DNA of 64,000 bases from an uncultured Acidimicrobiia bacterium (GCA_963820025.1 CAWFYL010000007.1:652421-716420), one strand, 5' to 3'. Positions 39,408-50,371 are shown, numbered from the stretch's first letter. Numbers and translations: made by a program. The notes: generated by a model not told the origin, from the sequence alone.

Positions 39408-39518
39408 TCATCCGAAGAGCGCCCAGACCACGAGCAGGGCCACCACGACGAATGCGGCTGCGACGAGGAAGATGTCGCTGCGGTGCCTGACCTGCTCCCG
39501 GAACGGGTTGAATCCCAC
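39408..39518 (-). CDS. Possible 36-aa single-TM micro-protein
   Basis: Own translation: GTG GGA TTC... gives VGFNPFREQVRHRSDIFLVAAAFVVVALLVVWALFG*. The stop lies 16 nt upstream of the next ATG. There is no family support. Confidence 0.3.
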   Translation of the reverse strand: MGFNPFREQVRHRSDIFLVAAAFVVVALLVVWALFG

Positions 39519-39561
39519 TTCGCCACCGTAGCGGCGCGCCCGGTACGTGGTGCGAGCTCGG

Positions 39562-39774
39562 CTACGCGGGCGTCACCGGATCGGTCGTCACCGGCGGTCC
39601 CTCGGCCATGGCGCGCCGCGCCGCCTCCCAGTCCGGCGGGGTGACGCGCAGCACGAGCGAGTTGTGCGCTTCCCACTCGGCGCCGCACGACGTGCACGAC
39701 AGGAGGAACGAGCCTCCCGAGTAGGCCTCGGCCTCGATCGGTGTTCCGTCGTAGGGACAGCGGTGCAGGTTCAC
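39562..39774 (-). CDS. Small zinc-ribbon-like protein (70 aa)
   Basis: This is the tail of ORF 39562..40455 taken from an in-frame GTG (plus-strand cac at 39772-39774): VNLHRCPYDGTPIEAEAYSGGSFLLSCTSCGAEWEAHNSLVLRV.... It is preceded by a locally AT-richer stretch (aagtcaagtatttgcac). Confidence 0.5.
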   Translation of the reverse strand: MNLHRCPYDGTPIEAEAYSGGSFLLSCTSCGAEWEAHNSLVLRVTPPDWEAARRAMAEGPPVTTDPVTPA

Positions 39775-39826
39775 CCCCGATGTTTCGGTCGGTCGGTGCA
39801 AATACTTGACTTGGTCCGGGCAGGTT

Positions 39827-40932
39827 TCACTGCGGCCACACGAGGCCGTGGGCCCGGGTCGCCCGGCCGGCCCGGACGAGGCCCGCGACCGCGACGGCCA
39901 CGGCCCCGGGCCCGAGCCCGGACCGCCCGACGAGCTCGTCGGCGGTGGCCGGCTCGCCGCCCAGCGCCCGGACGACCGCTCGCTCCTCGGTCGACGCACC
40001 CACCAGATCGAGGCGCCCGCGGTCGGGATGCCGGCGCCCGCCCGGGCTGAGCTCCAGCGAGACCGTGATGTCGGCGGGGTCGAGGAGGGGCTGTGCACCC
40101 TCCGCGAGCAGCTCGTTGCAGCCCCGGGCCGACGCGTTCCGGCGCGATCCGGGGATCGCGAGCACGGAGCGCCCGTAGTCGAGCGCGTGGCGCGCGGTGA
40201 TGCGGGCGCCGCCGCGCGCTGTCGCCTCGACGACGATGGTGACATCGGACAGCGCCGCGATGATCCGGTTGCGCACCGGGAAGCGCGCCGGATGCGGTCC
40301 GATGCCGAAGGGCTGCTCGGTGACGAGCAGGCCGTGCTCGCGCACACGACGGTGCAGCGCGCCGTGCCGGCGCGGGTACACGACGTCCAGACCGGTCGCG
40401 ACCACGCCGATGACCGCGCCGCCCGCCTCGAGCGCGCCCTCGTGCGCGGCGCCATCGATGCCGATCGCGAGGCCGCTCACCACGACGACGCCGGCGCGCG
40501 CGAGTTCGGCGCCCAGCTCGCGGGCGTCGGCGAGGCCGTGCGGCGTCGCGGCCCGGGTGCCGACGACCGCGACGCGAGGTCGCTCGAAGACGTCGGGCCG
40601 CTCGCCCTCGGCCAGGAGCACCGCCGGACGGTCCTCGATGCCCTCGTCGATCGGGTACGCCGCGCTGCCGACGTACCGCACCAGGGTCGCCCGACGTTCG
40701 AGCGTCGCGATGACGGTCGCGGCGGTCGGTTCCGCCGCCCGGGCCCAGACCCGCGCCACGTCGGCGCGGCGTGGGTCCTCCGGCGCGAGCGCAACCGCGC
40801 CGTCTCCCGCCGTGACTGCCGCGAGCGCGCCGGCCGGCGCCGGCCACCGGGTCAGCAGCCGCAGCAGGCGCACCGGGGTGATGCGGGGAGCGCGGCCAGC
40901 GTCGCCGCGGCGAGCTCGTCGGCGCTGCTCAC
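39827..40932 (-). CDS. dprA: DNA-processing protein DprA; one frame break near the 5' end in the sequence as given
   Basis: The body is in ORF 39827..41041 (RVAVVGTRAATPHGLADARELGAELARAGVVVVSGLAIGIDGAAHEGAL...PVRNRIIAALS). The likely true start is GTG 40932-40930 in a GTGA overlap with the comM stop, giving VSSADELAAATLAALP, which joins ITPVRLLRLL after a 1-nt gap at ~40884. Confidence 0.85.
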
Positions 40933-42434
40933 GGGACCTCACCCCGCAGCGACGCGGCCAGCACGACGTGCTCGCCGGAGATGTCGGGCGCGTCGTCGAG
41001 GTCGGCCAGAGTGCGCGCCACCCGCCGCACGCGGGCCGCACCGCGCCCCGTCAACGTCTGCTCCTCGACCACGACCCGCCACGCGTCGGTCGCCGCCTCG
41101 GTGAGTGCGACGTACCGCCCCAGCGCGCCCGCGGGCACGTCCGCGTTGCGACGCCACGGCGTGGCGCGCAGCCGGTGGCGTTGCCGCTCGACCGCGGCGA
41201 GGACCCGCGTCCCGACGACGGCCGAGGGCTCGCCCGGGGCGTCGCCCGGCTGCGGGCCCGCGACCCGGAGGCGCAAGTCGAAGCGGTCGAGCAGCGGCGC
41301 GGAGAGGCGGCGGCGGTAGCGGGCCCGCTGGAAGTCGCTGCAGCGGCAGGCCGCGGCCTCGAGCCCGCACGGGCACGGGTTCGTGCACGCGACGAGCAGG
41401 AACTCGGCCGGGAGCTCGAGGCTCAGGGCCTGGCGCGAGATGCGCACCACCCGCTCTTCGAGCGGCTGGCGCAGCGCGTCGAGCGCCGCGGGTGGGAACT
41501 CCCCGAGCTCGTCCAGGAACAGCACACCCCGGTGCGCGCGGGTGACCTCGCCCGGTCGCGGTCGCCCCGAGCCGCCGCCGACGAGCGCCGCGGTCGAGGC
41601 GGTGTGGTGCGGCGCGCGGAAGGGGCGCTCGCGGGCGAGGCGGGTGGGCGGTTCGCCGCCGGAGGCCGACGCGATGCGAGTCACCTCGAACGACTCGTCG
41701 GGATCCAGCGGGGGCAGGATCGTCGGGAGCCGGCGGGCCAGCATCGTCTTGCCCGCGCCGGGCGGTCCCGCGTAGATGAGGTGGTGCGAGCCCGCGGCGG
41801 CGACCTCGAGCGCGACGCGTGCGGTCGCGAGGCCGCGGACGTCGGCGAGGTCGAGCGGCTCCGACGCGGGGCCGTCCTCCGCGAGCGGCTCGGGCGGAGG
41901 AGGGTCCGGGTCGGGCCACGGGAGCTCGCCCTTGAGGCAGGCTCGGATCTCGCCGAGGGTCCGGGCGGAGCGGACCGTGAGGCCCGGCAGCAGCCGGGCC
42001 TCGTGCGCGTTGGCCATCGGAACGATCAGGTGCTCGACACCGGCGCGGCGCAGCGCGTCCGCGAGCACCAGCGTCCCGGGGACCGGACGCACCGTCCCGT
42101 CGAGCCCGAGCTCGCCGAGCACGCCGACGCCGTCGAGCACGTCCTCGGGCAGCCGGGACTCGGCGAGCATGATCCCGAGCACGATCGCGAGCTCGAGGCC
42201 GGCACCGGTCTTGCGGACGTTGCCCGGCGCGAAGTTGACCGTGATGCGCTTGAGCGGGAACTCGGCGTCGGACGAGAGGAGCGCGGCGCGCACCCGCTCG
42301 CGTGACTCGCGTCCGGCCGCGTCGGGGAGACCGACGACGTGGTAGCAGGGCAGGCCCGAGCTGACGTGGACCTCGACCCAGACGGGTTGACCGTCGACGC
42401 CGAGCAGGGTCGCGCTGGGGATCGAGGCGAGCAC
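40929..42434 (-). CDS. comM: YifB/ComM family Mg-chelatase-like ATPase
   Basis: 501 aa. Sequence reads MLASIPSATLLGVDGQPVWVEVHVSSGLP...GPPGAGKTMLARRLPTILPPL...GVLFLDELGEF. Confidence 0.92.
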   Translation of the reverse strand: MLASIPSATLLGVDGQPVWVEVHVSSGLPCYHVVGLPDAAGRESRERVRAALLSSDAEFPLKRITVNFAPGNVRKTGAGLELAIVLGIMLAESRLPEDVLDGVGVLGELGLDGTVRPVPGTLVLADALRRAGVEHLIVPMANAHEARLLPGLTVRSARTLGEIRACLKGELPWPDPDPPPPEPLAEDGPASEPLDLADVRGLATARVALEVAAAGSHHLIYAGPPGAGKTMLARRLPTILPPLDPDESFEVTRIASASGGEPPTRLARERPFRAPHHTASTAALVGGGSGRPRPGEVTRAHRGVLFLDELGEFPPAALDALRQPLEERVVRISRQALSLELPAEFLLVACTNPCPCGLEAAACRCSDFQRARYRRRLSAPLLDRFDLRLRVAGPQPGDAPGEPSAVVGTRVLAAVERQRHRLRATPWRRNADVPAGALGRYVALTEAATDAWRVVVEEQTLTGRGAARVRRVARTLADLDDAPDISGEHVVLAASLRGEVP

Positions 42435-42543
42435 GGGGACCTCCGGAACCGGTGACGGAACAGGAGGGCCGTGACCGCGGCACCTCGACGGCGGCCCGCA
42501 CGGTATCGGGAGGGTGGGACAGCTCTGGGCGTAGCGTTCGCCC

Positions 42544-43638
42544 GTGGCGCAGGGGCGGCCGACCGTCGACGAGCTGGTGGCGCTCGGGATCTACGACCCG
42601 GACGGAGAGCTCGCGAGCGAACGGCTCGCGCTGATCGAGTACCTCCTCGACCTCGGTGCGACGGTCGACGAGCTGGTCGCGGCGTACCCCGATCTCGCCG
42701 TGGTGGCCTCGACGCGCGCGCTCCGGGGGTCGGGGGCGCTGCTCACCCAGTCCGAGCTCGCGGCCCGCGCCGGCGTGCCGCTCGAGATGTCGGCGCGGGT
42801 GTGGCGCGCCGCCGGCTTCCCCGATCCCGGGCCCGGCGCCCGGATCTTCACGGAGGAGGAGGCGGAGGCGCTCCGCATCTACCAGGCCGCCGCGGAGTGG
42901 CTCGGCGAGGACGTGGTCCTGCAGGTGGTCAGGGTGATTGGCTCGTCGATGGCTCGTATCGCCGACGCGGCGATTGCCGCGTTCCTCGTCAACGTGGGCG
43001 GACCCGCGCTCGCCGACGACCCCGGCGGGCTCGCGCTCGCACACGCGAACACCGAGGCGGTCGCGCTCCTCCGCAGCGCATCGCAGGTCCTGGACGTGAT
43101 CTTCCTGCGCCACGTCGAGGCCCTGCAGCGCCCCGTGAACGCCGGGGACCAGAGCACCCAGCAGCTGACGGTCGGGTTCGCGGACCTCGTCGGGTCGACC
43201 GCGCTCGCCCAGCGCCTGTCGATCCGCGAGCTCGGCACCGCGCTGGCCGAGTTCGACGAGCTGAGCGCGGACGTCGTCGTGGACGCCGGCGGGCGGGTGG
43301 TGAAGCTCATCGGCGACGAGGTGATGTACGTGGCGCCCGCCCCGAGCACGGGATGCGAGATCGCGCTGCGGCTCTCCGAGCGCTTCTCGGACCACCCGCG
43401 GCTGCCGCCGGTGCGCGGCGGCCTCGCGCACGGTGCCGTGCTCACCCGCGACGGCGACCACTTCGGGCCGGTCGTGAACCTGGCCTCCCGGACGACCGGG
43501 CTCGCTGCTCCGAACGCGGTCCTGGCCGCGGCCACGGTCCGTGCCGCAGCCGACGGATACGAGTTCAGCTCGATCGGCACCCCGGAGCTCAAGGGCTTCG
43601 ACGAGCCGATCGAGCTGTTCGAGGTCCGTCGACGCTGA
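42544..43638 (+). CDS. Adenylate/guanylate cyclase domain protein (class III) with an N-terminal regulatory region
   Basis: 364 aa. The C-terminal part reads [17 protein letters not shown]...[13 protein letters not shown]...[20 protein letters not shown]...ELKGF. Confidence 0.85.
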   Translation: MAQGRPTVDELVALGIYDPDGELASERLALIEYLLDLGATVDELVAAYPDLAVVASTRALRGSGALLTQSELAARAGVPLEMSARVWRAAGFPDPGPGARIFTEEEAEALRIYQAAAEWLGEDVVLQVVRVIGSSMARIADAAIAAFLVNVGGPALADDPGGLALAHANTEAVALLRSASQVLDVIFLRHVEALQRPVNAGDQSTQQLTVGFADLVGSTALAQRLSIRELGTALAEFDELSADVVVDAGGRVVKLIGDEVMYVAPAPSTGCEIALRLSERFSDHPRLPPVRGGLAHGAVLTRDGDHFGPVVNLASRTTGLAAPNAVLAAATVRAAADGYEFSSIGTPELKGFDEPIELFEVRRR

Positions 43639-43663
43639 GTCGGCGGCGGTAGCCTGGGGTTCG

Positions 43664-44563
43664 ATGCCCTGGGATGTCGACGGGTACGTCGCCTCCCTGA
43701 CGGCGGCCAGCCCCCACACGCGCGAGGCGTACGAGCGGGACGCCCGACAGTTCGTGGCGTGGGCGGAGCGCGGCGGCTGCGCGACGCCCGACCGTCTCGA
43801 CCACGCCACGCTGCGCCGGTACCTCGCCTCCCTCGGCACCCAGCGGCTCGCGAAACGCACGATCGCCCGCAAGGCCGCCGCGTTGCGCTCCTTCCTCCGC
43901 TACCTGAAGCGCCACGGCGTCGTCGCCACGGACGCCGGCCGGTCGCTGCGCGCGCCGAAGGGCCCGGCTCGGCTGCCCCGGGTGCCGAGCGCGAGCGAAG
44001 CCGGCGCGCTGCTCGACGGGGCTGCGGTCGTCGATCCCGGCGAGGACCCGGTCGCCCGGGCCCTCGCGCTCCAGGACGTCGCCGTCCTCGAGGTGCTCTA
44101 CGGGACCGGGCTCCGGGTCTCGGAGCTCTGCGGCCTCACCCGGGGTGACTGCGAGATCGCCCGCGGCATGCTCACCGTGCTCGGGAAGGGGGCCAAAGTA
44201 CGCCGGGTCCCGCTCGGCGCGGCCGCCGCGGACGCCCTGAGCGCCTGGCTCCGCGAGGGCCGTCCGGTGGTCGCCGGACCCGGTTCCCCGGCCGATGCGG
44301 TCTTCCTCAACCGGCGGGGGCACCGGCTCCAGCCCCGTGACGCCCGGCGCATCGTGGACCGCCACCCGATGCCCGATGGGCGCACCTTGCACCCACACGT
44401 CCTCCGTCACGCCTACGCTACGCACTTGCTCGAAGGTGGTGCGGACCTCCGGGCCGTGCAGGAGCTGCTCGGCCATGCCGACCTCGCCACCACGCAGATC
44501 TACACCCATCTGACCCGCGAACGCCTTCGGGCGGTCTACGAGGCAACCCATCCCCGTGCCTGA
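43664..44563 (+). CDS. xerC: Tyrosine recombinase XerC
   Basis: ATG at 43664 within ORF 43541..44563. Sequence reads ...[13 protein letters not shown]...[38 protein letters not shown]. It holds the housekeeping position between dprA/comM and rpsB. Confidence 0.9.
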   Translation: MPWDVDGYVASLTAASPHTREAYERDARQFVAWAERGGCATPDRLDHATLRRYLASLGTQRLAKRTIARKAAALRSFLRYLKRHGVVATDAGRSLRAPKGPARLPRVPSASEAGALLDGAAVVDPGEDPVARALALQDVAVLEVLYGTGLRVSELCGLTRGDCEIARGMLTVLGKGAKVRRVPLGAAAADALSAWLREGRPVVAGPGSPADAVFLNRRGHRLQPRDARRIVDRHPMPDGRTLHPHVLRHAYATHLLEGGADLRAVQELLGHADLATTQIYTHLTRERLRAVYEATHPRA

Positions 44564-45366
44564 CGACACGACCACCGTCTCTGCCCAAGCCGACGCCGAG
44601 GTCGTCGCCGAGCTCTGGCGCGACTACAAGGAGGGCGACGGCGGCAGGGACGCGCGCGAGCGGCTGATCCTGCACTACTCGCCGCTGGTCAAGTTCGTCG
44701 CGGGCCGCGTCGCCGGCGGGCCTGCCCCAGAACATCGAGCAGGCCGACCTCGTCAGCTACGGGATCTTCGGGCTCATCGACGCGATCGACAAGTTCGACC
44801 CGGCACGCGGCTTCAAGTTCGAGACCTACGCGATCTCCCGCATCAAGGGCGCCATCATCGACGAGCTGCGCTCGATCGACTGGGTCCCGCGCTCGGTGCG
44901 CTCGAAGGCCCGCTCGATCGAGCGCGCCTACTCGAAGCTCGAGAACGAGCTGCTGCGCACGCCCCAGGAGAACGAGGTCGCTGCCGAGCTCGGCGTGACC
45001 GAGGGCGAGCTCGCGCAGACGTTGTCGCAGATCAGCTTCGTCGGGCTCGTCGCGCTCGACGAGCTGCTGAGCGCGGGTGACCGCGGTGGTGGCACCACGG
45101 TGGGGGACACGGTCGCGGACCGGGTGAACGACCCGGTGGCCGCGTTCGAGGTCGACGAGATGAAGCACGTGCTCGCCGACGCGATCAACCGCATGCCCGA
45201 CCGCGAGCGGCTCGTGCTCACCCTCTACTACTACGAGGGACTGACGCTCGCCGAGATCGGCGACGTCCTCGGCGTGACCGAGAGCCGGGTGTGCCAGATC
45301 CACACGAAGGCGATCCTGCAGCTGCGCTCGCGTCTGGTCGAGCCCGCGTCCGAACGGCTCCCCTGA
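44556..45366 (+). CDS. whiG: RNA polymerase sigma factor, FliA/WhiG (sigma-28) family; one frame break in the sequence as given
   Basis: LWRDYKEGD...[22 protein letters not shown] is in ORF 44556..45080. It continues as [27 protein letters not shown]...[34 protein letters not shown] in the frame of ORF 44896..45366. There is an extra base at ~44720-44722 (ggcgggCctgcccc). It strongly resembles my recollection of S. coelicolor WhiG. Confidence 0.88.
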
Positions 45367-45458
45367 CCCTGGTGCGCGTCCCACCCGTGCGGTAGGTTCG
45401 TCGCACTTCCTCCCACTCGGCTTCCCCCTCCCGCGTCATCGTCTGACGGGAGTCGCCG

Positions 45459-46131
45459 ATGGGGTTCCGTTCCCCTTCCGCCTGGTTTCGCGCGGTCGTC
45501 GTCGCGCTCGCGGTCGGGTGCATCGTCACCCGCACGACCACGGCCTCGGCCGCAGTGCCGAACGCGCCGGGCACCTGGATGCGCCCGGTTGCGGGTGCCG
45601 TCGCCGCGCCGTTCGTCGCGCCGAGGACAGCGCTACGGCGCCGGCCACCGCGGCGTCGACTTCGTCGCGCCCGCCGGCACCGCGGTCCGGGCCGCGAACG
45701 GGGGCCGGGTCGTGTTCGCAGGCTCGGTCGCCGGGTCGCGGCACGTCGTCGTGGGCCATCCCGGCAACCTCCGCACCTCGTACTCGTTCCTCGCGTCCGT
45801 CGCGGTGCACCGGGGCCAGACGGTGGCGCGCGGCGACGTGGTCGGCACCGCGGGCGGCGGGGTCGGCGAGCACGCCGGTGTGCTCCACTTCGGGCTCCGG
45901 GTCGGGGACCGCTACGTCGACCCGATGGTCCTGTTCCGTCCGCCCGACCTCAGCCGCCTGATCCGGCTCGTACCGGCCGACGAACCGGACCAGGCCGGCT
46001 ACGACCCTCCCGCGGTCGAGCGCCGCTCGCTCGCGGACTCGCTGCACCTGGCGCCGGGCGCGCTCCCACGGTCGCGTCCGACCGCGGCTCGGGCCCGCTC
46101 GACGCGCTCTCGGGGGTCTGGGACGACGTGA
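45459..46131 (+). CDS. Secreted M23 family metallopeptidase; one frame break in the sequence as given
   Basis: The signal peptide and start (MGFRSPSAWFRAVVVALAVGCIV...WMRPVAGAVAAPF) are in the frame of ORF 45459... The catalytic domain (YGAGHRGVDFVAPAGTAVRAANGGRVVFAG...HFGLRVGDRYVDP) is in ORF 45589..46131. The junction is at ~45621-45630. Confidence 0.82.
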
Positions 46132-47201
46132 CCACGGTCGCGCGGACCCTCGCGGCGCCCGTGCGCACCGAGGCCGAGATCCTCGGCCGCGCCGCGGGCT
46201 GGGTGTGGCGCAGCTCGCTCGCCGCACCGATCGTGGCCGACGAGACCGCGATGGCCGAGCGGCTGCTCGCCTGGGCGCGCTCGCGCACGGACTGCACCGC
46301 GGACACGAGCCGGCCCCCGAGCGGCGGGGGATCCGGCCATCTCGCGATGACGGTCGCGGGCATCGACAGCAGCACCGACCCGGCGACGGGTCGGGCGTTG
46401 GACCTGGACACCGGCGCGCCTCGGGTACCGCGCCGGCGAGGTGCGGTCGTTCTCCTACGCGCCCGGCGGTGGGCGCGTACACGCGCGCGCAGACCTGGAG
46501 CGACCTCCGGGCCGCCGCGCGCCGGCTCGAGTCGCAGCTGCGCGAGGTGCAGCGCGAGCAGCCGGGCCGCGAGGTGGATCTGATCGCGCACTCGCAGGGC
46601 GGGGTCGTCGTCGCCGAGTTCCTCGCTCACCTCTACGACCCCGCGGACCCCACCCTCCCGCCGCTCGGCTCCGTGGTCACGCTGTCGTCGCCGCTGGAGG
46701 GCGCCCCGGCCGCGACCGCGGTCGGGCGGGTGCGCAGCACCAACGCGGGACGGGCCGCGCTCGACGGGGTGGACGCGATCGCCGCGGGTGCGGTCCCGCC
46801 GACCGGCGGCACGTCCACGGGCCAGCTCGCAGAGGGCTCGTCGCTGATCCGCGGCCTGCCGCGTGACGGCGCCACCCGAGCAGATCGACGTGACCTCCAT
46901 CGGCGGGGCCGACGACGTCGTGGTTCCCGCCGACCACATCGGGCTGCCGGGCGCCCGCGTCGTGACGGTGGATCCCGCGGGGATCGCGGACCATGGAGCG
47001 ATCGTGCGGGACCCGGCCGCGCTCGACGCGGCGCGCCTCGCGCTCGAGGACCGGCCGCCGCCGTGCGTCGGCGTCGTGACGGGCATCCGGGGCGCGGTCG
47101 AACCGGTGCTGATCAGCCGGGCCGAGCACACGGTCGGTGCCGCCGCGCAGGTCGCAGGGCTCCCGAGCGCAGCGGCGCCGACGGAAGGGGCGAGGCGATG
47201 A
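46128..47201 (+). CDS. Lipase-like alpha/beta hydrolase (GxSxG = HSQGG); three frame breaks in the sequence as given
   Basis: GTG at 46128 is in a GTGA overlap with the M23 stop. The segments ...GHLAMTVAGIDSS..., LGYRAGEVRSFSYAPGGG, AYTRAQTWSDL...REVDLIAHSQGGVVVAEFL... and IDVTSIGGADDVVVPADH...DHGAIV lie in successive frames (track ORFs 45459, 46441, 46205, 46863). Junctions are at ~46417, ~46473 and ~46860. Confidence 0.72.
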
Positions 47202-48464
47202 CGTTCTGGCAGGACGCCCGGCCGGCGACGCCGCGGCTCCTTGCGTCACACGGCCCGCGGCACGGGCGCGGACCCGGAGGTCGGTCGCGCCGGTTCCGGC
47301 GCCGGATGCTGATCGCGCTCGCGGTGATCGTCGGCGCGGTCGCGCTCGTCCTGGTGCGGACCGGCGCGCCGGTGGCGAAGGCGCCGGGCCGGACCCGCAC
47401 CGGTCACCGCGTCCCGAGCCCGACGGTCGTCCCGCCGGTCTGGTCGCGCACGCTGCCCCGGTGGGCGGCGACGATGCTCGACGACGGTGACGACTTCGCG
47501 GTCGTCGTCGGCGACGACTGGGTGACCGCGCTGACGATCACGACCGGCACCCGCCGCTGGGAGGTGCCGGTGGCCGGCGTGGAGCCGGTCGGGGCGCTGC
47601 GGGGCGACACGGTGTTGCTCGCGACCGACTCCGGGTTCGTCGCGCTCGAGCGCGACACCGGGAAGGTCCGCTGGCAGCTCGACACGGCCGAGACGCCGGG
47701 CCCGGTCGCGCTGGTGGCGCCGGGCGGCGGGTCCCCGGTGGCGGTCGTCTCGACGGTCGAGGGTGGGCTGGTCGGCATCGACAGCCCGACCGGCCGGACC
47801 CGCTGGTCGGTCCGCCTCCCCGGCCGGCCCCGGGGGGTGCCGGCGGTCGACGACGCGTCCGGCGCGGTGGCGACCGTGTGGCAGCCGGACGCCGCGGGGA
47901 CCCGGCTGCGCATCGTCGACGGGGCGACCGGAGCGCTGCGCTGGGAGCGGCCGCTGCCGGTGATGGCCGGATCTCCCGTGATCGCGCCGGGCACGGTCGC
48001 GATCAGCGCGGGTTCCGGCCGCCACGACAGTGCGGTGCGCGCCTTCGCGCTGGCCGACGGCGCGCCGCGCTGGAGGACGCGGGTCGCGGCGCCGTCCCAG
48101 CCCGACCTCGTCCCACGCGTCGCCGGCCGTGATCTCTTCGCGGTGGACCAGCTCGGCCACGTGACCCGCCTCGACGCCGAGAGCGGCGTACGGGTCTGGT
48201 CGACGGACACGCCGCGCCCTCGATGTCCACGCCCGCCCGCTGGTGGTGGGGGACGCGGTGCTCGTCGGCAACGAGGCGGGGGAGGTGATCATCCTGGACC
48301 GCGCAACCGGCGCGGTCCGGGTCCGGCGGCGTCCGGCCGGGCTGCCGGTCGGGCTCGCGGCCGCAGGGAAGGTCGTCGTGGTGGCCCAGCGGCTGGTCGA
48401 ACGCCACGCCGTGCAGGCATTCGCGGCGGGTCGGATCACCGCGCCGGCCCGGAGCCCGCGATGA
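47198..48464 (+). CDS. PQQ-like beta-propeller repeat protein with N-terminal TM anchor; one frame break in the sequence as given
   Basis: ATG at 47198 is in an ATGA overlap with the preceding stop. Sequence reads MTFWQD...[17 protein letters not shown]..., followed by repeated ...G..RW... blades ([47 protein letters not shown]). The last blade continues in the frame of ORF 48243..48464. The junction is at ~48207-48215. Confidence 0.75.
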
Positions 48465-48603
48465 GGTCTCGGCTACAGTTCCCCGCAGACCCGAGCATCC
48501 GGCTCGGGATGTTGCACGCCCGGCACCCAACGGTCGCCTCCGGCTCAGCCCGGAGGTGCGGCTCGGGCGGAAGGTTCACCAACCCGAGGGAAGGATTCTC
48601 CGC

Positions 48604-49536
48604 GTGGCTGTCGTCACCATGAAGCAGCTGCTGGAGGCCGGAGTGCACTTCGGCCACCAGACGCGCCGTTGGAACCCGAAGATGAAGCGGTTCATCTTCG
48701 GTGAGCGCAACGGCATCTACATCATCGACCTGCAGCAGACCCTGGACCGGATCGACACCGCGTACCGGTTCGTCCGCAGCACCGTCGCCGACGGCGGGAC
48801 GGTCATGTTCGTCGGCACGAAGAAGCAGGCGCAGGAGCCGGTCCAGACCCAGGCCACGCGTAGCGGCATGCCGTACGTCAACTTCCGCTGGCTCGGTGGC
48901 ATGCTCACGAACTTCCAGACCGTGCACGCACGCGTGGCGAAGATCCGCGAGCTCGAGCGCCTCGTCGCGACCGGCGAGACCGAGCAGATGATCAAGAAGG
49001 AAGGGCTGAAGGTCAAGCGCGACCTGGTGAAGCTCGACCGGAACCTCGGCGGCATCCGCAACCTCGAGAAGCTCCCGAGCATCGTGTTCGTGATCGACAC
49101 GAAGAAGGAGCACATCGCGGTCACCGAGGCGAACCGGCTCGGGATCCCGGTCGTCGCGGTCGTGGACACGAACTGCGACCCGGACATCATCGACTACGTC
49201 ATCCCCGGCAACGACGACGCGATCCGCGCCTCGAACCTCATGTGCCGGGTGATCGCCGACGCGGTCGAAGAGGGCCGCCACCTGGCCCAGAAGCGCGGCG
49301 CGCGACCCGGCACGAAGGCCGAGGCCGTCGCGCCGAAGGCGCTGAGCCCGGAGGAGCAGCGCAAGCGGGCCGAGGCGCAGGCCGCGGCGCGGAACCAGGC
49401 CGCCGCCGACCAGGCCGCCCACGAGGCGCGCCTCGCCGAGGCGAAGAAGGAGAAGACGGAACCGCCGCGGGTCGAGGACCCGACGGTCGACGCGGAAGCG
49501 GCCCGCACCGAGGTGCAGGAGAGCGACCGTGGCTGA
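48604..49536 (+). CDS. rpsB: 30S ribosomal protein S2
   Basis: GTG at 48604 is preceded by ggaagga. Sequence reads [43 protein letters not shown].... Confidence 0.95.
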   Translation: MAVVTMKQLLEAGVHFGHQTRRWNPKMKRFIFGERNGIYIIDLQQTLDRIDTAYRFVRSTVADGGTVMFVGTKKQAQEPVQTQATRSGMPYVNFRWLGGMLTNFQTVHARVAKIRELERLVATGETEQMIKKEGLKVKRDLVKLDRNLGGIRNLEKLPSIVFVIDTKKEHIAVTEANRLGIPVVAVVDTNCDPDIIDYVIPGNDDAIRASNLMCRVIADAVEEGRHLAQKRGARPGTKAEAVAPKALSPEEQRKRAEAQAAARNQAAADQAAHEARLAEAKKEKTEPPRVEDPTVDAEAARTEVQESDRG

Positions 49537-50371
49537 GGTCTCCGCGAGAGACGTCGCCGCCCTGCGCAAGGTCACCGGCGCCGGGATGATGGACTGCAAG
49601 CAGGCCCTCCAGGCGACCGACGGCGACCAGGAGGCCGCGGTCGACTGGCTGCGCAAGCAGGGGCTGGGCGCGTCGAAGCGCGCCGGGCGCAGCGCCGAGC
49701 AGGGGACGGTGGACGTCGTCCTCGACGGCAACGTCGCCGCGCTCGTCGAGCTGACCTGCGAGACGGACTTCGTCGCCAAGGGCAAGGACTTCGTCTCCAC
49801 GGTCGCGGCCCTGGCCGAGCAGGTCGCCGAGCACGGCGATGTCGGCCTCGCCGACCAGCCCTTCGAGGGCTCGACGGTGGGCGAGACCATCGGGCTGCTG
49901 GTCTCGACCCTGGGGGAGAAGATCGAGCTCGGCCGGGTCGTCCGCTACGAGACCGCGGACGGGGTGCTCGACGGGTACAAGCACATCCAGAACGAGCGGG
50001 GCACGATCGGCGTCCTCGTCGAGCTCGGCGGGGTCGACGCCTCGGACCCGAAGGCCAGGGAGCTCGCCCACGACCTGGCCCTGCACATCGCCAGCGCCGC
50101 GCCCCGGTACGTCCGGCGCGAGGACGTGTCCGCCGACGCGATCGACAAGGAGCGCGAGGTGCTCACCGAGCTCACGCGCAACGAGGGGAAGCCCGAGGCG
50201 GCGATCGGCAAGATCGTGGAAGGCCGTCTCAACGGCTTCTACAAGGACTACGTGCTGCTCGAGCAGGGCTTCGTGCGGGACCCCAAGGTGACGGTGGGCT
50301 CGCTCGTCGAGGGCCTCGCCCCCGGCGCCTCGGTCCGACGGTTCACCCGGGTCAAGGTGGGCGAGGAATAG
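49529..50371 (+). CDS. tsf: Translation elongation factor Ts
   Basis: 280 aa. Sequence reads [37 protein letters not shown]...[11 protein letters not shown]. Confidence 0.95.
   Translation: MAEVSARDVAALRKVTGAGMMDCKQALQATDGDQEAAVDWLRKQGLGASKRAGRSAEQGTVDVVLDGNVAALVELTCETDFVAKGKDFVSTVAALAEQVAEHGDVGLADQPFEGSTVGETIGLLVSTLGEKIELGRVVRYETADGVLDGYKHIQNERGTIGVLVELGGVDASDPKARELAHDLALHIASAAPRYVRREDVSADAIDKEREVLTELTRNEGKPEAAIGKIVEGRLNGFYKDYVLLEQGFVRDPKVTVGSLVEGLAPGASVRRFTRVKVGEE

Noticed and set aside
39827-42434. comM-dprA as a competence or defence-like system.
   Set aside because: This is a universally conserved housekeeping pair in actinobacteria, in its canonical position. There are no accompanying com or pilus genes.
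43664-44563. A tyrosine recombinase as a marker of an integrated mobile element or prophage.
   Set aside because: Its sequence and position (after dprA/comM, before whiG-rpsB) match housekeeping XerC. There are no flanking phage or IS genes, att-like repeats or tRNA.
45367-45458. A possible cyclic-di-AMP (ydaO-type) riboswitch upstream of the M23 cell-wall hydrolase, as seen upstream of some actinobacterial wall hydrolases.
   Set aside because: The spacer is only ~92 nt and pyrimidine-rich. I could not find the conserved ydaO core elements. A covariance-model search would be needed to revive this idea.
45459-47201. A single M23-lipase fusion polypeptide needing an extra frameshift near 46070.
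   Set aside because: The M23 frame ends in TGA at 46129-46131, exactly overlapping a GTG at 46128-46130 in the hydrolase frame (GTGA). The same coupling motif occurs about 10 other times in the window. Two adjacent coupled genes explain the data without an additional indel.
48490-48555. Two small hairpins (48490-48508 and 48538-48555) in the rpsB leader, as a possible S2 autoregulatory element or terminator.
   Set aside because: The stems are only 6-7 bp with no U-tract. I know of no described actinobacterial rpsB leader motif to compare against. The evidence is too weak to call without covariation analysis.
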